Below are positions 52,822 to 64,000 of a stretch of 64,000 bases of DNA, one piece after another (position 1 is the first letter of the stretch; each line of letters begins with the position of its first letter). The stretch is from positions 131,998,001 to 132,062,000 of the forward strand of contig NC_042999.1 of assembly GCF_006345805.1 (NCBI RefSeq). The letters are read 5' to 3'. The DNA is from Octopus sinensis. Lineage: Eukaryota. The notes under the pieces are model-generated. The model searched no databases and was not told where the DNA came from. It saw only the letters and a program-made list of their open reading frames with translations. A program made the position numbers and the translations under genes.

Positions 52822-53558
52822 ATGTGTGTGTGTGTGTGTTTGTCCCCATAACTTAGCATTTCAGCAAAAGAGGCCAATAGAATAAGTATCAGTCTTTAAA
52901 AAAAAAGCACTGGGGTCAATTCCTTCAACTAAAAATTCTTTGAGGTAATGCCCCAGCATGGCCACAGTCTAATGACTGAAACAAGTAAGAGAAAGGATAA
53001 AAGAAAAGATCAGTTACTGTGTAGGTACAATAGGTTTGATCGTATGTCTTCAGGGATACCAGAGGACCCATCTATAGATACAGTTACATATCAACCCCAT
53101 GTGGTAGTAGATTGAAAGTGGTACCACTGCAAATTTGAACACCATGCATGTTCTTGTTGTCATTGTTTAGCTCAACATCTACTCTGATCTAGTAGACATT
53201 CCAGCTATGACTATCTCATCTATTTAGGAGTTTGCAGGACTACATTATCTATCTATTGAGACTTTTTTTTTTTGAAAAGACAATGAGGGTGTAGTCTTAA
53301 GTGGAATGTGGCTACTGTTTCTAACATGTCAAGTTAGAGATTATCTCCTTGGCTCATGGTATCTTCGCCTGGGCATTTATCTGCTTGCTTATTATACAGT
53401 ATTTGTTTAATCATTATCCAATATTATTTCTCTACCATATCTTGGTTATAATTAAAAATTTCTTTTCTGTGTCCCCCTAATGTCACTAAGTGGACTAGTC
53501 TGTCCTACCATGACTATACAGAGATTCATTTTGATAATGGAATCACCTTTACTTTCAG

Positions 53559-53673
53559 ACGGGTAATTTGGCAATGGAATCATTGTTGACTATAGCTGCA
53601 TCTCGTAATGCATCAGATGTCTTCAAGAATGAGCTACGATCCCTTGGAGCTCTCGACCATATTGTTAATGCTG
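53559..53673 (+). CDS. WAPL: WAPL internal exon (115 nt): [38 protein letters not shown]
   Basis: Acceptor tttactttcag at 53558, donor gtaagt at 53674. Phase 0/1. Not listed in this frame in the ORF track; translated by hand. Confidence 0.94.
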
Positions 53674-54373
53674 GTAAGTTATGTTAACACTGTATTGTTT
53701 ATGGTGGTAGGGTTTCTAATCTCTCTATCACCCTCTCTTTCTCTCACTCTCTCTTTTGTTCTCTCTGTCTTTTTTCTCTTTCTCTCACTTTCTCTTTCTC
53801 TTCTATTGTTCTCTTTTGCCTCCCACATTCTTTCATTATCATTATCATCATCATCATCTGTTGTCCGTGCTAACATGGGTTGAATGGTTTGACCAGGGCT
53901 GGTAAGCTGAGGTGCTGCGCCAGACTCTGGTCCGATTTGGCATGGTTTCTACAGCTGGATGCCCTTCCTAACACCAACCACTCTGAGAGTGTTTTTACAT
54001 TCCACTGGCACAAGTGCCAGTTGCATAATACCTTTATCTGCATAATACCTTTATCTGCCATGACTACAATTTCTTCTCAAGCACAGCATATTGCCAAAGG
54101 TCTCAGTCAGTTGTCATTGCCTCCGTGAAGCCCAATGCTCAAAAAATGCTTCTTACATGCCACCAGCACAGCTGCTAGTTACATGACACCAGCATTGGCT
54201 ACATTGCCTCTGTTAGGCCCAACTCTCTCACCCTCCACTTCCATTCATCTTCCTATCTCTCTCTCTCTCTCTCTCTCTCATCCCTGTTATTATCATCATT
54301 ATCACCCACCATTCTGTTAAATTTTGTCAATGATTACAAATGTCTATAATACTCCCTCCCATCTCTGTTTCAG

Positions 54374-54480
54374 TGTGTTCTTGTGTAGAGTCATTAGAAT
54401 CCCACTACATAAATACCATGGACCATGCACACAGAAGGAAGTTAGAAAAAGTTGACAGATGCCTTAGGGTTCTGGAAAGT
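54374..54480 (+). CDS. WAPL: WAPL internal exon (107 nt): (V)CSCVESLESHYINTMDHAHRRKLEKVDRCLRVLES
   Basis: Acceptor ctctgtttcag at 54373, donor gtaagt at 54481. Phase 1/0; conserved RCLRVLES. Confidence 0.94.
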
Positions 54481-54744
54481 GTAAGTTTATCTGTAATTTT
54501 TCATTTTATCATTGTGGCTTACAGGTGGGAGTGTAACTATAGGCTCAGGCATGGTTGTGTGGTAAAAAGTTAAAGTAAATTATATATGACAGGCTTCTGT
54601 ACAGTTTCCAGTTCTGAAATTTTGTTCTCAAAGCATTCAAGAATATATTAGAAGACACTTGCCCAAGGTGCCGTGCAGAGGGGCTGAACCGAGAACCATA
54701 TAATTGCGAAGGAAACTTTCTTGAACGCATAGCCATTCCCAAAT

Positions 54745-55035
54745 TTTTGTGTATGTGTGAGATTGTGTATACTGATTACATGTTTGTGTGTGTGAGAGAG
54801 AGAGAGAGATATTGTGAATACTGTTTGTACATGTGTGTACAAGATTGTATATACTGTTTACATGTATGTTTGTATGTGTGTATACGATTTGTATATTGTG
54901 TGTGTATGACATTGTGTATAATCTGTACATGTGTGTGTGAAATTGTGTATACTATTTACATGTGTTTGCGTGAGAGTGTGTATACTGCTTGTACATGTGT
55001 GGGTATGAAAATGTGTATACATGTGTTTGTGTGTG
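54745..55035 (+). repeat. Degenerate about 30-bp tandem repeat (gagattgtgtatactgtttacatgtgtgt)
   Basis: Recurrent attgtgtatact...acatgt units. Confidence 0.7.
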
Positions 55036-57544
55036 TAGGTACTGGCAAGGTATGTGGTTAAAATGTTTGCTTTTGCAACCATGTAATTCCACTGTACAAC
55101 GCATTGGTGAGTGTCCTCTAGTGGAGTCTCCAGTTGACCAGTGCTTTGTGAGTGGAAATTGGTAAACAAAATTTATGTAGAAGCCTGGAAGTGGCAGTGG
55201 CAAGGTGGAGAATTTGATTTAATAGATGCCTCTCCATCTGGGTTTTTATATTTTCTTTTCAACTTTATATCACTTTATCATACAGTAGTACCTCTCTCTT
55301 CTGTGGCTTTTGAAGCTTACATAGCTTGTAGGTTTATATCATTGGGATATTCCTCCTTGCAATGACTGTTTGTTAATTGCTGTTTATTGGTTCTTCTCCT
55401 GTGTCTTGATTCTGATTGGCTTTTTGACTGGATTGATAGAACTGTTTTATTGCTAGTTAATCCCAGATTTTATAAAACTGAAGGCATTTCAACTTATGAC
55501 CTTCTTGCCTTATTTATTGGGCACAGTATACCTAGGACTGCTTTAGTCTGTATTCCTTTCTTTATTGAAGATGGTATGGTATGATTTAAGAGATATTTGG
55601 CTGCTATTTCTAGCAGGTCAATCAACTACATCAAGACTTCCTCCTCCTCCTCATCATCATCATCATTTAACGTTTGCCTTCTATGCTGGCATGGGTTGGA
55701 TGGTTTGACAGGAGCCAGCCAGGTAGAAGACTACACCAGGCTACAAGGTTTTTATAGTGGGATGCCCTTCCTAACACCAACCACCCTGTAGAGTGACCTG
55801 AGTGTTTTCTTACGTGGCATCAGCACAGGCGAAGCCAGTTTTGGCATAGTTTTTACAGCTGGATGCACTTCCAAATGCCAACCACTTCATATTGTGGACT
55901 GGATGCTTGTTACGTGGCACCAGCACTAGCAGGGCCACCAAGTAACTTGCATGACAAGGAATTTTGAGAAGGCGAGGGGGCATTAGAGGAGGTGATCTTG
56001 TGTCAGATGATGAAAGATTAGAGTATGACAGAGGCAGAAACAGGTGTCTTGCTATAGAGGAGGTACATGGTTACCTGACCGAGAGAGACAGAGAGAGGGG
56101 GGGTAGGAAGAGAGAAGGATACATATTTGTATTGTCTATTAATTATTTATTGTGATGACTGTTCAGATATAAGTATGATTCTAAGGCTAGATATTGTAGG
56201 AGATTAGTGTTTTTTTGTATGTATGTATACAGGCATGCATAAACTGACAACACTGTGTAGCTTCTTTTTTTCTTTGTCTTTGGCCAGTAATTGTATTTCC
56301 TATTTTCTTCCTATCTAGAAATTAAAGGAAATGACTACTATTCCCTTCAAACTTTGTTGCTTTTCTGACCTGGACATCAATGTTTTGAAACTGGTCTATT
56401 TTCCACTACATTTCAGAAATATAATTCTAGCAAATATTCTGCTCAATACAATAGATTTTCTTGTCAGTTGCTTGACCTTAGTGGCATCTCTGATCATGAG
56501 CAGGAGTATTTAGGGAGCATCATAGCCATATGTTGAGAAGAATTCTTTGAGGTTTGAATAAATGCAACAAGAGCAAAGTTTGAAGGAAATATTAGCTAGT
56601 TTTCATACTTTCTAGAAGTAAGCAAATAGGAAATAACAGTTGCTACCCAAGGATAAAAATCATGTTACATAGTGTAATCTTTTTGGAAACATATTTTGTC
56701 ATACAGTATAACAGAAAATTGGTATGCTCCTTTTGATTAACAAAAGTAAAATTGATGCCCTGAGCTCAAATTATTGGCAGAAAGAATTTGAACATAAAAG
56801 ATGTGTGTGTACCTATATATATTCATATATTTTTACATTAAATTAAAGGATTACTCAATACATCTTAGTGAAGTACATATATATTGTCACAAAGAAAAGC
56901 TTTCCTTGTACAAATTATTATAATTTTTAATAATAACAGTAGTAATATGTTTGTGTATTTATATGATATAATTTACATATATGTGTGCTTTTAAGAGTGA
57001 CACTTATTAATATAGTGTTGGTGTAAGTCAGTTGATGGGACTGAATGGTGATTGTCATTTAGTCACATATAATGAAGTGGTTGCATTTATTGAGTGACCC
57101 AGTAGGTGATAAAGTAGGCATGTCTGTTGATGTCAAAGCATCTTGATGGATGAACAAGTTGTTGCTGCCCGAAGTGATTGGTCTGAAAGCTGGTGATACT
57201 GATGTGTCTGTTGATACCAGTCTGTCAGTTTGTTTTATTGACAAATGAAAACTGCCTGCCCAAGGGTCTATGTTCATGTCTCCAGAGTATACGTGTTTGT
57301 CCATTGGAAAAACAAGCACCACCAAGTCTTTCTTAAATATGCTTGATGACTTGTGCAGTGACTTTGTTTAAAGTGAAGGGTTGCACACTGTCATCCCCAT
57401 TCTCTTGTCCATGAGCTTCTTTAATCTATTGCCAGACCAGTTCAAGATGACTGGGGATGGAAACATGATGCATTGGACAACCAAGATGTCTTACTTGTCA
57501 CATCTTGCTCTCTGCACTCCACAGTGTGTTGCTACATTGTTGCA

Positions 57545-58240
57545 GAGTAAAAAATGGTTCACATTTGTGTTTCTCTTTTGTTTATTTTTCAAAGTTTTCT
57601 TCATTTTTATGATGTATTTGTCCTCCGCTTATTTACTTTTTATATCTTGTACTGTGACTGGCAACTCCTGAATGACATTACACATAATGTTTTTAATTTC
57701 CTTTTCTGATTGTAATACGGCTATCACTGTATCTTCTAGTGGTTCCACATTCTTCAGAATTAGCTGAGATAAACAATCCGCATAGCCAGTTTCCTTAGAA
57801 AGAATGTACTCCATCTTAAAGTTGTAATTTAACAATATTGTACCCTAGCATTGTAATCTGTTGGCTGTATGGGTAAGAATTCCTTTCTTCGATCCAAAAA
57901 TTGGTAGTAACGGTTGGTGGTCTGTCTGAAGCCACAGACTTCTACCATAGAGAAATCTGTAAAATTTCTTCCCAGCAAAAATAATCACTGGAGCTTCTTT
58001 CACTACCTGACTGTATTTTTTTTCTTCTGCAGTCAGAACATGTGAGGCATGAACCACTGCCTTCATATTACCATCTTTATGTTTGTGTAGCAAAATTGTT
58101 CCTACACTGTATTCAGAAGTGTTAGAAGCTACAACAGTCTATGCTGCTGGATCGAAATGAGCCAGTGACAAATCTGAAAGTAATATTGTTTTAATATCCT
58201 AAAATGCCACATGCAATTTTTGATGTTTTTCTGAACATAG
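57545..58240 (-). mobile_element. Ty3/Gypsy LTR retrotransposon pol fragment (RNase H region)
   Basis: ORFs 57845-58093 and 57629-57835: AVVHASHVLTAEEKKYSQVVKEA..IIF..KKFYRFLYGR...LQTDHQPLLPIFG...TANRLQ...LLNYNFKMEY....GYADCLS. No LTRs recognised. Confidence 0.9.
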
Positions 58241-59136
58241 GTTTCCCAATTCTTTTCCACATGTCAGTATTAATATATAAGTGAAGCAGGGTAGCAACAA
58301 CTTAACAATCCAACAAACATTCCATGAACTATACATAATCCAACAAACGATATTTCGACAAATTATTAAAACGACACCTTACGATTTCCTTCAATTAATG
58401 CCTATTCTCCATCTTTCTCTCTCAGACCGCTACTATTTAAAGTTGTTTGGTCAAGTTTATTCTTGCAGGGAGTGTTGTGACCCTCATCACAACAATCTAT
58501 TTCTAGAATCTTCTCTACTGACTTACTTTACAGACATACCTTTGCTTTACAACCATATGGCTTCTGGTTTAATCTCACTGCATGGAATTGGGGCAAGTGT
58601 CTTCTACCATGCCCTCAAGTTTACTAATAACTTGTGACTAGAATTTGATTGATGGAAACTGTAGAAGTACTTCACACACACACATACACAAATGTATTCT
58701 AGGATGGTTCCCTGTCATATGTGGATGAGGGTTCGATCAACTGAATTACCTGCACCTAAATTAATGTAAATCTCTGTTAGAATCATTGTGACATTGTGTG
58801 TGTGTGACAAATGTGTACCTCTGGGTCACCTGTACAATCCATTTGATGGGCTTCTTTACTGTTTCCATCTACCGAGTTTCAAGCACAAAGTGTATGTTGA
58901 CCCTAGGTTACAGAAAATGACATTTACTGAAAATGCTATGCATTGAAGTCAAGCTGAGGACCTTGTAGCTGTAGAGTAGACCTCCCCCTCCATACAGAGG
59001 AACTGGTCATTGGTCCATATGAAACTTTTAACTACTGTTTCAAAATTGTGATGGAAAATGAAATATGTAAATAAATAAAAACTGTTTGTCTCAGTTATAT
59101 ATGTTTACAACCCAGACCGATGTTAGTGTATGTCTA

Positions 59137-59167
<31 letters not shown>

Positions 59168-59587
59168 CATATGTATGTGTATCATTTGTTTGCTTTCCAT
59201 GCTGGACATTTTGACCAGATCTCATGAGTTGGAAGACCATGTCATGCTCCATTGTCTCAGTTTGGAATAGATTCCTCTCTTCTTATTATCATGCAATATA
59301 TATTGATAATTTAAATATGAATCTACTTTAGCTGTTTATAAAATCTTGGTTTGTTGGTGAGATTGAATTTATGTAAAGAATTAGCTTTACATTGAATCAT
59401 CAGAATGAGATGATATTTTATGATTCAGGGAGTGGTTTCCTATTTCTGCCATTCAGTTTGTTGCTTAATGAGTTTCTTAAATATTCATAAAGTGGATTAA
59501 GTTTTACATTTTATGAGATTGCAAAACACTTAATTGATATGACCTTCAAAGCTAGTATATCATGTTCAAACCCATGTCTTAATGGAA

Positions 59588-61276
59588 TTTCAACTCACAG
59601 CATGTGTCAATATAGAAATGTTGTAAACTGGTGTAGAACTTATTTTAATCACTGTTTCAGCAGAGTAGAATTTACTTTCACCACAGTCTCACTGGAATAG
59701 AACTTACTTTAGCCAGTGTCTCACTAGATTTGCGACTTACTCTAGATATTGTCTAAACAGAATCGAATCACTATGTATAAATGGCAATTGATTACTTGAT
59801 AAATCAATTTTTGTGCTCCAATTAAATTTATCTTGTCAGCATTGTTTAACTCACTTTCTTCTCATTCTCTTTTCTCACTAAGCCTTTTTTTTCTTTATAT
59901 GCGTGTATAGATAGGTAGACTATTTATTTATATATATATCATCATCGTCGTCATCATCGTTTAACGTCCGCTTTCCATGCTAGCATGGGTTGGACGGTTC
60001 AACTGGGGTCTGGGAAGCCCGAAGGCTGCACCAGGCCAGTCAGATCTGGCGGTGTTTCTACAGCTGGATGCCCTTCCTAACACCAACCACTCTGTGAGTG
60101 TAGTATATATATATATATATGTATATGTATGTATGTTTCGTTTTTGGATTTGGATTTGGTTTGCAAGATTCTTTATATGAGACTATTGAAAAGGTTGCAA
60201 TATGCAACGAAAATTTTAGAAAATAAAAATAAGAAATAAGTGGAAATTTTACCGGTGTGTGTGTGTGTTAAATAATAAGGCACTAAAAGAGAATGACTCT
60301 CCCCAGACACAACAGAATATGTATGTATATAGTAATAATAACAATAATCCTTGGATGGAATGCATAGCTGCTCACGTTTCTACAGACTACATCTTTTAAG
60401 ATCACAGTCCGTATTCCTGGGACGATTACAATGTAGTCCATAGTATCCATAGGCATCAGTTAGATCATCCTTGTGTGTGTGTGTTCATGTATGCTTATGT
60501 GTACATATTGAAATGTATGTATGTATAGGAGAGTGTGCTGTACTCCACTGTTTGTTTTGGTATGATTTTCACATGTCCACACCCTTCCTGACACTAACCC
60601 CTTCACAGAGTGCACTGGCTACTTTTTTCAAAGCACCAGCATTAGTGAGGTTACCATGCAATTTGCAAGACCAAAGACTAAGTGGACATGTGATAGACAA
60701 GGAGGCAGCTTTGTGCTAGCTGTTTGGCAGTTGAAATATGAAAGAAGGGATAGGAACTGACTTTTTGCTGCAGAAGAGATATAAGGCTTACCTTTAGATT
60801 ATATGAGGGTAGGTGGCTATAGTTAGTGTACTGCCAGAAGGAGAGGTAAAGATGGTTGGGACTAGTATGTCTGCAAGATACAGGAAGGCAAATAGAAGAA
60901 AACAGAGGACAAAAGATTAAAACGGATAATAAGCAGGGGTTGAAGGAGTGTGTGGAGAGGGTAAGGGATGATTAAAGATGGGTGTAGTGGTGAATAGTGA
61001 ATAAGGGCATAAAGAGTGGAACAGTGGTCTATGGTAGATATGAATTGTTTGCAAACGCTAAAAAATTTGAAAGAGATAAGTGATCCTTAAGTTAAGGATA
61101 ACAAATGCACTTTTGTCACTCAAGTGAAAATTGTAATGTTTGATATTAACGGTTGGTGAATTGTGGAGTCTAGAGACCAGATTTTTTTTTCAACTCACAG
61201 CATGTGTCAATATAGAAATGTTGTAAACTAGTGTAGAACTTATTTTTATCACTGTTTCAGCAGAGTAGGATTTACT
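59588..61276 (+). repeat. 89-bp direct repeat at 59588-59676 and 61188-61276
   Basis: tttcaactcacagcatgtgtcaatatagaaatgttgtaaact...cagagtag.atttact occurs twice with 3 mismatches. Confidence 0.92.
60183..60219 (+). ncRNA. Minimal type I hammerhead ribozyme motif, U3-A8 core variant
   Basis: cua [UUGAAAA G] GUUGC-aauau-GCAAC [GAA] AAUU U uag: 3-bp stem I, 5-bp stem II, palindromic 4-nt stem III. Confidence 0.6.
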
Positions 61277-61342
61277 GATTGATTTTTTTTTTCTCTTGTT
61301 GCTATTTGTGTGTGTGTTTGTGCACACACACATATATATATA

Positions 61343-61383
<41 letters not shown>

Positions 61384-62305
61384 CTATAATATTACTACTA
61401 TTATTATTAAAAATTATAATAATTTGTACAAGGAAAGCTTTTCTTTGTGACAATATATATGTATTTCACTAAAATGTATTGAGTGATCCTTTAATTTAAT
61501 GTAAAAATATATGAATATATATAGGTACACACACATTATCCTTTATGTTCGAATTCTTTCTACCAATAATTTGAGCTCAGGCATCAATCTTACTTTTGTC
61601 AATCAAAACTTATTACTGTTTTGTTTTCACAACCAGCAAAAGCATTTTTATTTTAATTCAAAAAATTTGTTTTTTGTCTTCCCAAAATGATGAAGTTAGT
61701 GATTGCCATGTCGATGCCATTCATTAACTGAATAATTTATCTTACCTCTGTGCACAGTAAACCAATGTAAACAGTGTGATGTAATCATTGATCCACTCCG
61801 AATTACAACCCAAAGTACACCCAACCCCTTGACAAAAGCATACTATAAAATTGTATATATTTCACTTGGTCTCACATTGCAGCTTAATCAAGTAAAAAAA
61901 ATTAAAAAAACGTTATAATTGATGTTTTTAGATGTGAAAAAAAACAGTAAAAAGGAAAAAAATGCACTTCAAATTATTCCTTGATTACTACACTTAACAG
62001 AAAGCTCTGTTTATGTTTCAAGTTTTCCCATACTTTTCTAAACTTATTGACCATGTATCTATGTTCATATGTAACCTTTTTTGTGTACATGGATGCATGT
62101 TTCACTTTATTTGCTATGAATGAACTTTTCTCATGAATATAGCATCGCAACATATCCTCATTACTTATAAGATTTTATCAGAAGGATTTGTGTGTATTGA
62201 GTGTTAATATGTACTTCAGTATAATATTTAATATAGATAACCAATAAATGTCATAATCAGATGCTTCAGTCTCTCACTGTTTCTTGCTTTCTCTCTTTCT
62301 CTTAG

Positions 62306-62382
62306 GTAACTGTTACTAATATTGAAAATCAAAGTTTTCTGATCTCATACAAACAATGTGCACTTGTGAATTCACTCAACAC
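62306..62382 (+). CDS. WAPL: WAPL internal exon (77 nt): VTVTNIENQSFLISYKQCALVNSLN
   Basis: Long polypyrimidine tract and ttag acceptor at 62305, donor gtaagt at 62383. Phase 0/2; continues RVLES into VT..N.ENQS.LI.YK. Confidence 0.92.
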
Positions 62383-63326
62383 GTAAGTTGTCATTAAACT
62401 TGTTTCCATGATTTTTTCTTTTTTCTTTCTTTTTTGCTTTTTTGTTTGTTGTTTTTTTGTTTTTGTTTTTGTTGTCACCCAACATCTGCCCTCTCCCTCC
62501 AACTCTAATTATTTGTCAGGATTGTTCGATCAAGTACTTTATCTGGTAAAGATGAGGTTTTAAGACTTGACTGATGCTTATAGAGAATTTGAAATGACAA
62601 TGTCACCGTCATCACCATCATGTTATAATCTGGAATAGATTTCATACCTTACCACTCAAGACAAATTGTTTAGTGTTTGATACACTGCACCTGTTAAAGC
62701 CATAAAACTACTTCTAACCTCTTATTCCATCATTTCATATCTGGATAGAGAATTCTTCAGGTTTCTATCGATATTTTTTGTATTTTATTTACTTTTCACA
62801 GAGAAGCTGAAAGAGCTTTTGATTGCTTGTAAATTCATAAAAATACTAGATGATGCTTATGACAGGTGGGGGGAGGGGATGGTAGTTTATAACAGACGAA
62901 AACTTAGCAGTTTTTACAGGTCAACCTGCCTATGGCTACAGAATAGATCTGTGTCTGTTGCAAGTTTCTAGCCAGTTGAGAGGCAATGTGGTGGTGGAAC
63001 ATTACTGTAGGTAGAGCTATAAAAGCGAGGAAACAGACTAGGAAAATCAGGAGGAAAGGAGTACAGGGCAGAACAATACCATGTAGCACGAAGAGATGGT
63101 TTGCTTAGCTGGAGATGCAGAAAATTCTTATAACTGAATTTATTGTAGATTTAGAGAAGAAATTTCATAATTGAAAGCAAAACTTAGAATGGTGAGGCCT
63201 CAAAATAAACTTAGTGAAGTTTTGGTAAATAGGAAGATAAAACTCTATACCCATCAAGGAAATGACCATGCTTGAAGTGCCACAAAAAAGTAGTAAAATT
63301 CTATAGAATATATACTTAGTGTAAAC

Positions 63327-63471
63327 CAGTGCTCTGCAATTGGGAGGCCGCAGTGTAACCTGAATATAATTTTTTCCCCTGTACTTTTAGTTATATTTTT
63401 AGTTCAGGTATGCTACCAAATCTTGAAAAGAAATAAATGTACTGCAAGTGAAAAAAGGTTGCAGAGCATTG
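63327..63471. mobile_element. Short hAT-type MITE
   Basis: TIR cagtgctctgcaa / ttgcagagcattg; TSD gtgtaaac / gtctaacc (6 of 8 match). Confidence 0.7.
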
Positions 63472-63654
63472 GTCTAACCCTTAGATATACAAGAGGTGTT
63501 GTTGAATCACAAGCAAGCTAACAGAGAAAGTAGGGTTCATGTGCCTAGTTTAGTGCTTATTGTACAGGTACAGTAAGCACTAAAAGTGCACATGAAATAG
63601 ATTCTCTTAAATACCTGAAAGGCTCTCTAGAAGTAGTTGCTAACTTTTGTTACT

Positions 63655-64000
63655 AATCAGCTGTGGAGGTGGCTGCTCCAAAAGCAGAGTCGTTAGAATA
63701 TGGATAGGATAGAAAAAGTTCAGGAAGCTATTATCTGTGCTGGTAACAAAATGTTTCACTCTCTGAGTGAAGGGCAATTTGTATGGGGGTTGTATACAAA
63801 CTGTGGTGCTGCTTAGTAATGGAATGTCGGCCTTGATTGCAGTGGATTTGCAAAGACTAATAAAAAATGAAGTGAGTGTGTTCCGCTAGATGTGTAATAT
63901 TAGTGTACATGAATTGAAGGTTGATCTCAAAATGCTGAAGCTTATGGAGGAGCTGGCAGAGGACTATAATATGTGGTGCATTGCTGTACTCGAGAAGACC
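63655..64000 (+). mobile_element. RTE-clade LINE fragment, degenerate
   Basis: GGGCSK...RIWIG*KKFRKLL....K...L*VKGNLY...DLQRLIKNE.SVFR*MCNISVHE matches the RTE post-RT region. A related WWWN..V.RAIK segment lies at about 62980-63130. Confidence 0.65.

Larger units (their letters stand above)
56731..61608. repeat. Long-range inverted repeat, about 218-bp arms at 56731-56948 and 61389-61608
   Basis: Near-identical reverse complements, e.g. tattgtcacaaagaaaagctttccttgtacaaattattataatttttaa vs ttaaaaattataataatttgtacaaggaaagcttttctttgtgacaata. Confidence 0.92.
39275..62382 (+). other. WAPL: WAPL (wings apart-like cohesin release factor) gene, partial: five internal exons; gene extends beyond both ends of this span
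   Basis: The spliced exons give a continuous frame (S)AFGIASKCTMPAFRMHLRAHG...SLALSTATLMFMLMRDRLSYD...[10 protein letters not shown]...[16 protein letters not shown]...DRCLRVLESVTVTNIENQSFLISYK. This follows, in order, the metazoan WAPL domain motifs as I recall them (KCAMPSFRMHLRAHG, DRLNMDLD, TGHLAMETLL, FKEELRLLGGLDHIV, RCLRVLESVT, ENQSYLIAYK). All intron phases are compatible. Confidence 0.96.

Noticed and set aside
53608-53883. 91-aa ORF with a hydrophobic stretch
   Set aside because: Wrong frame over the WAPL exon, running into a CT-rich intron.
55220-55560. Possible LINE fragment on the minus strand
   Set aside because: Too degenerate to assign from sequence alone.

Overview
AT-rich, microsatellite- and transposon-saturated animal DNA. 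The tRNA-derived SINE families and TTAA MITEs look like those of Octopus (coleoid cephalopod); this attribution is inference. The only host gene I can support is WAPL (cohesin release factor) on the + strand. Five internal coding exons with GT-AG boundaries and matching phases (39275-39386, 49803-50030, 53559-53673, 54374-54480, 62306-62382) encode part of the HEAT-like WAPL domain. No upstream exon was recognisable in the first 39 kb, so most of the window is intron. The introns hold relics of Dong/R4 and RTE LINEs, a Penelope GIY-YIG element, a Tc1 transposase, a Gypsy pol fragment, a complete non-autonomous Helitron, piggyBac/hAT/Tc1 MITEs and dozens of SINEs. Most notable: (i) short microsatellite-embedded elements carrying type I hammerhead ribozyme motifs, two with the U3-A8 core covariation; (ii) several long inverted duplications predicted to form dsRNA in the WAPL pre-mRNA; (iii) an isolated antisense exon-like cassette inside a SINE. 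All calls were read by eye, with no searches or folding run, and identities are approximate.
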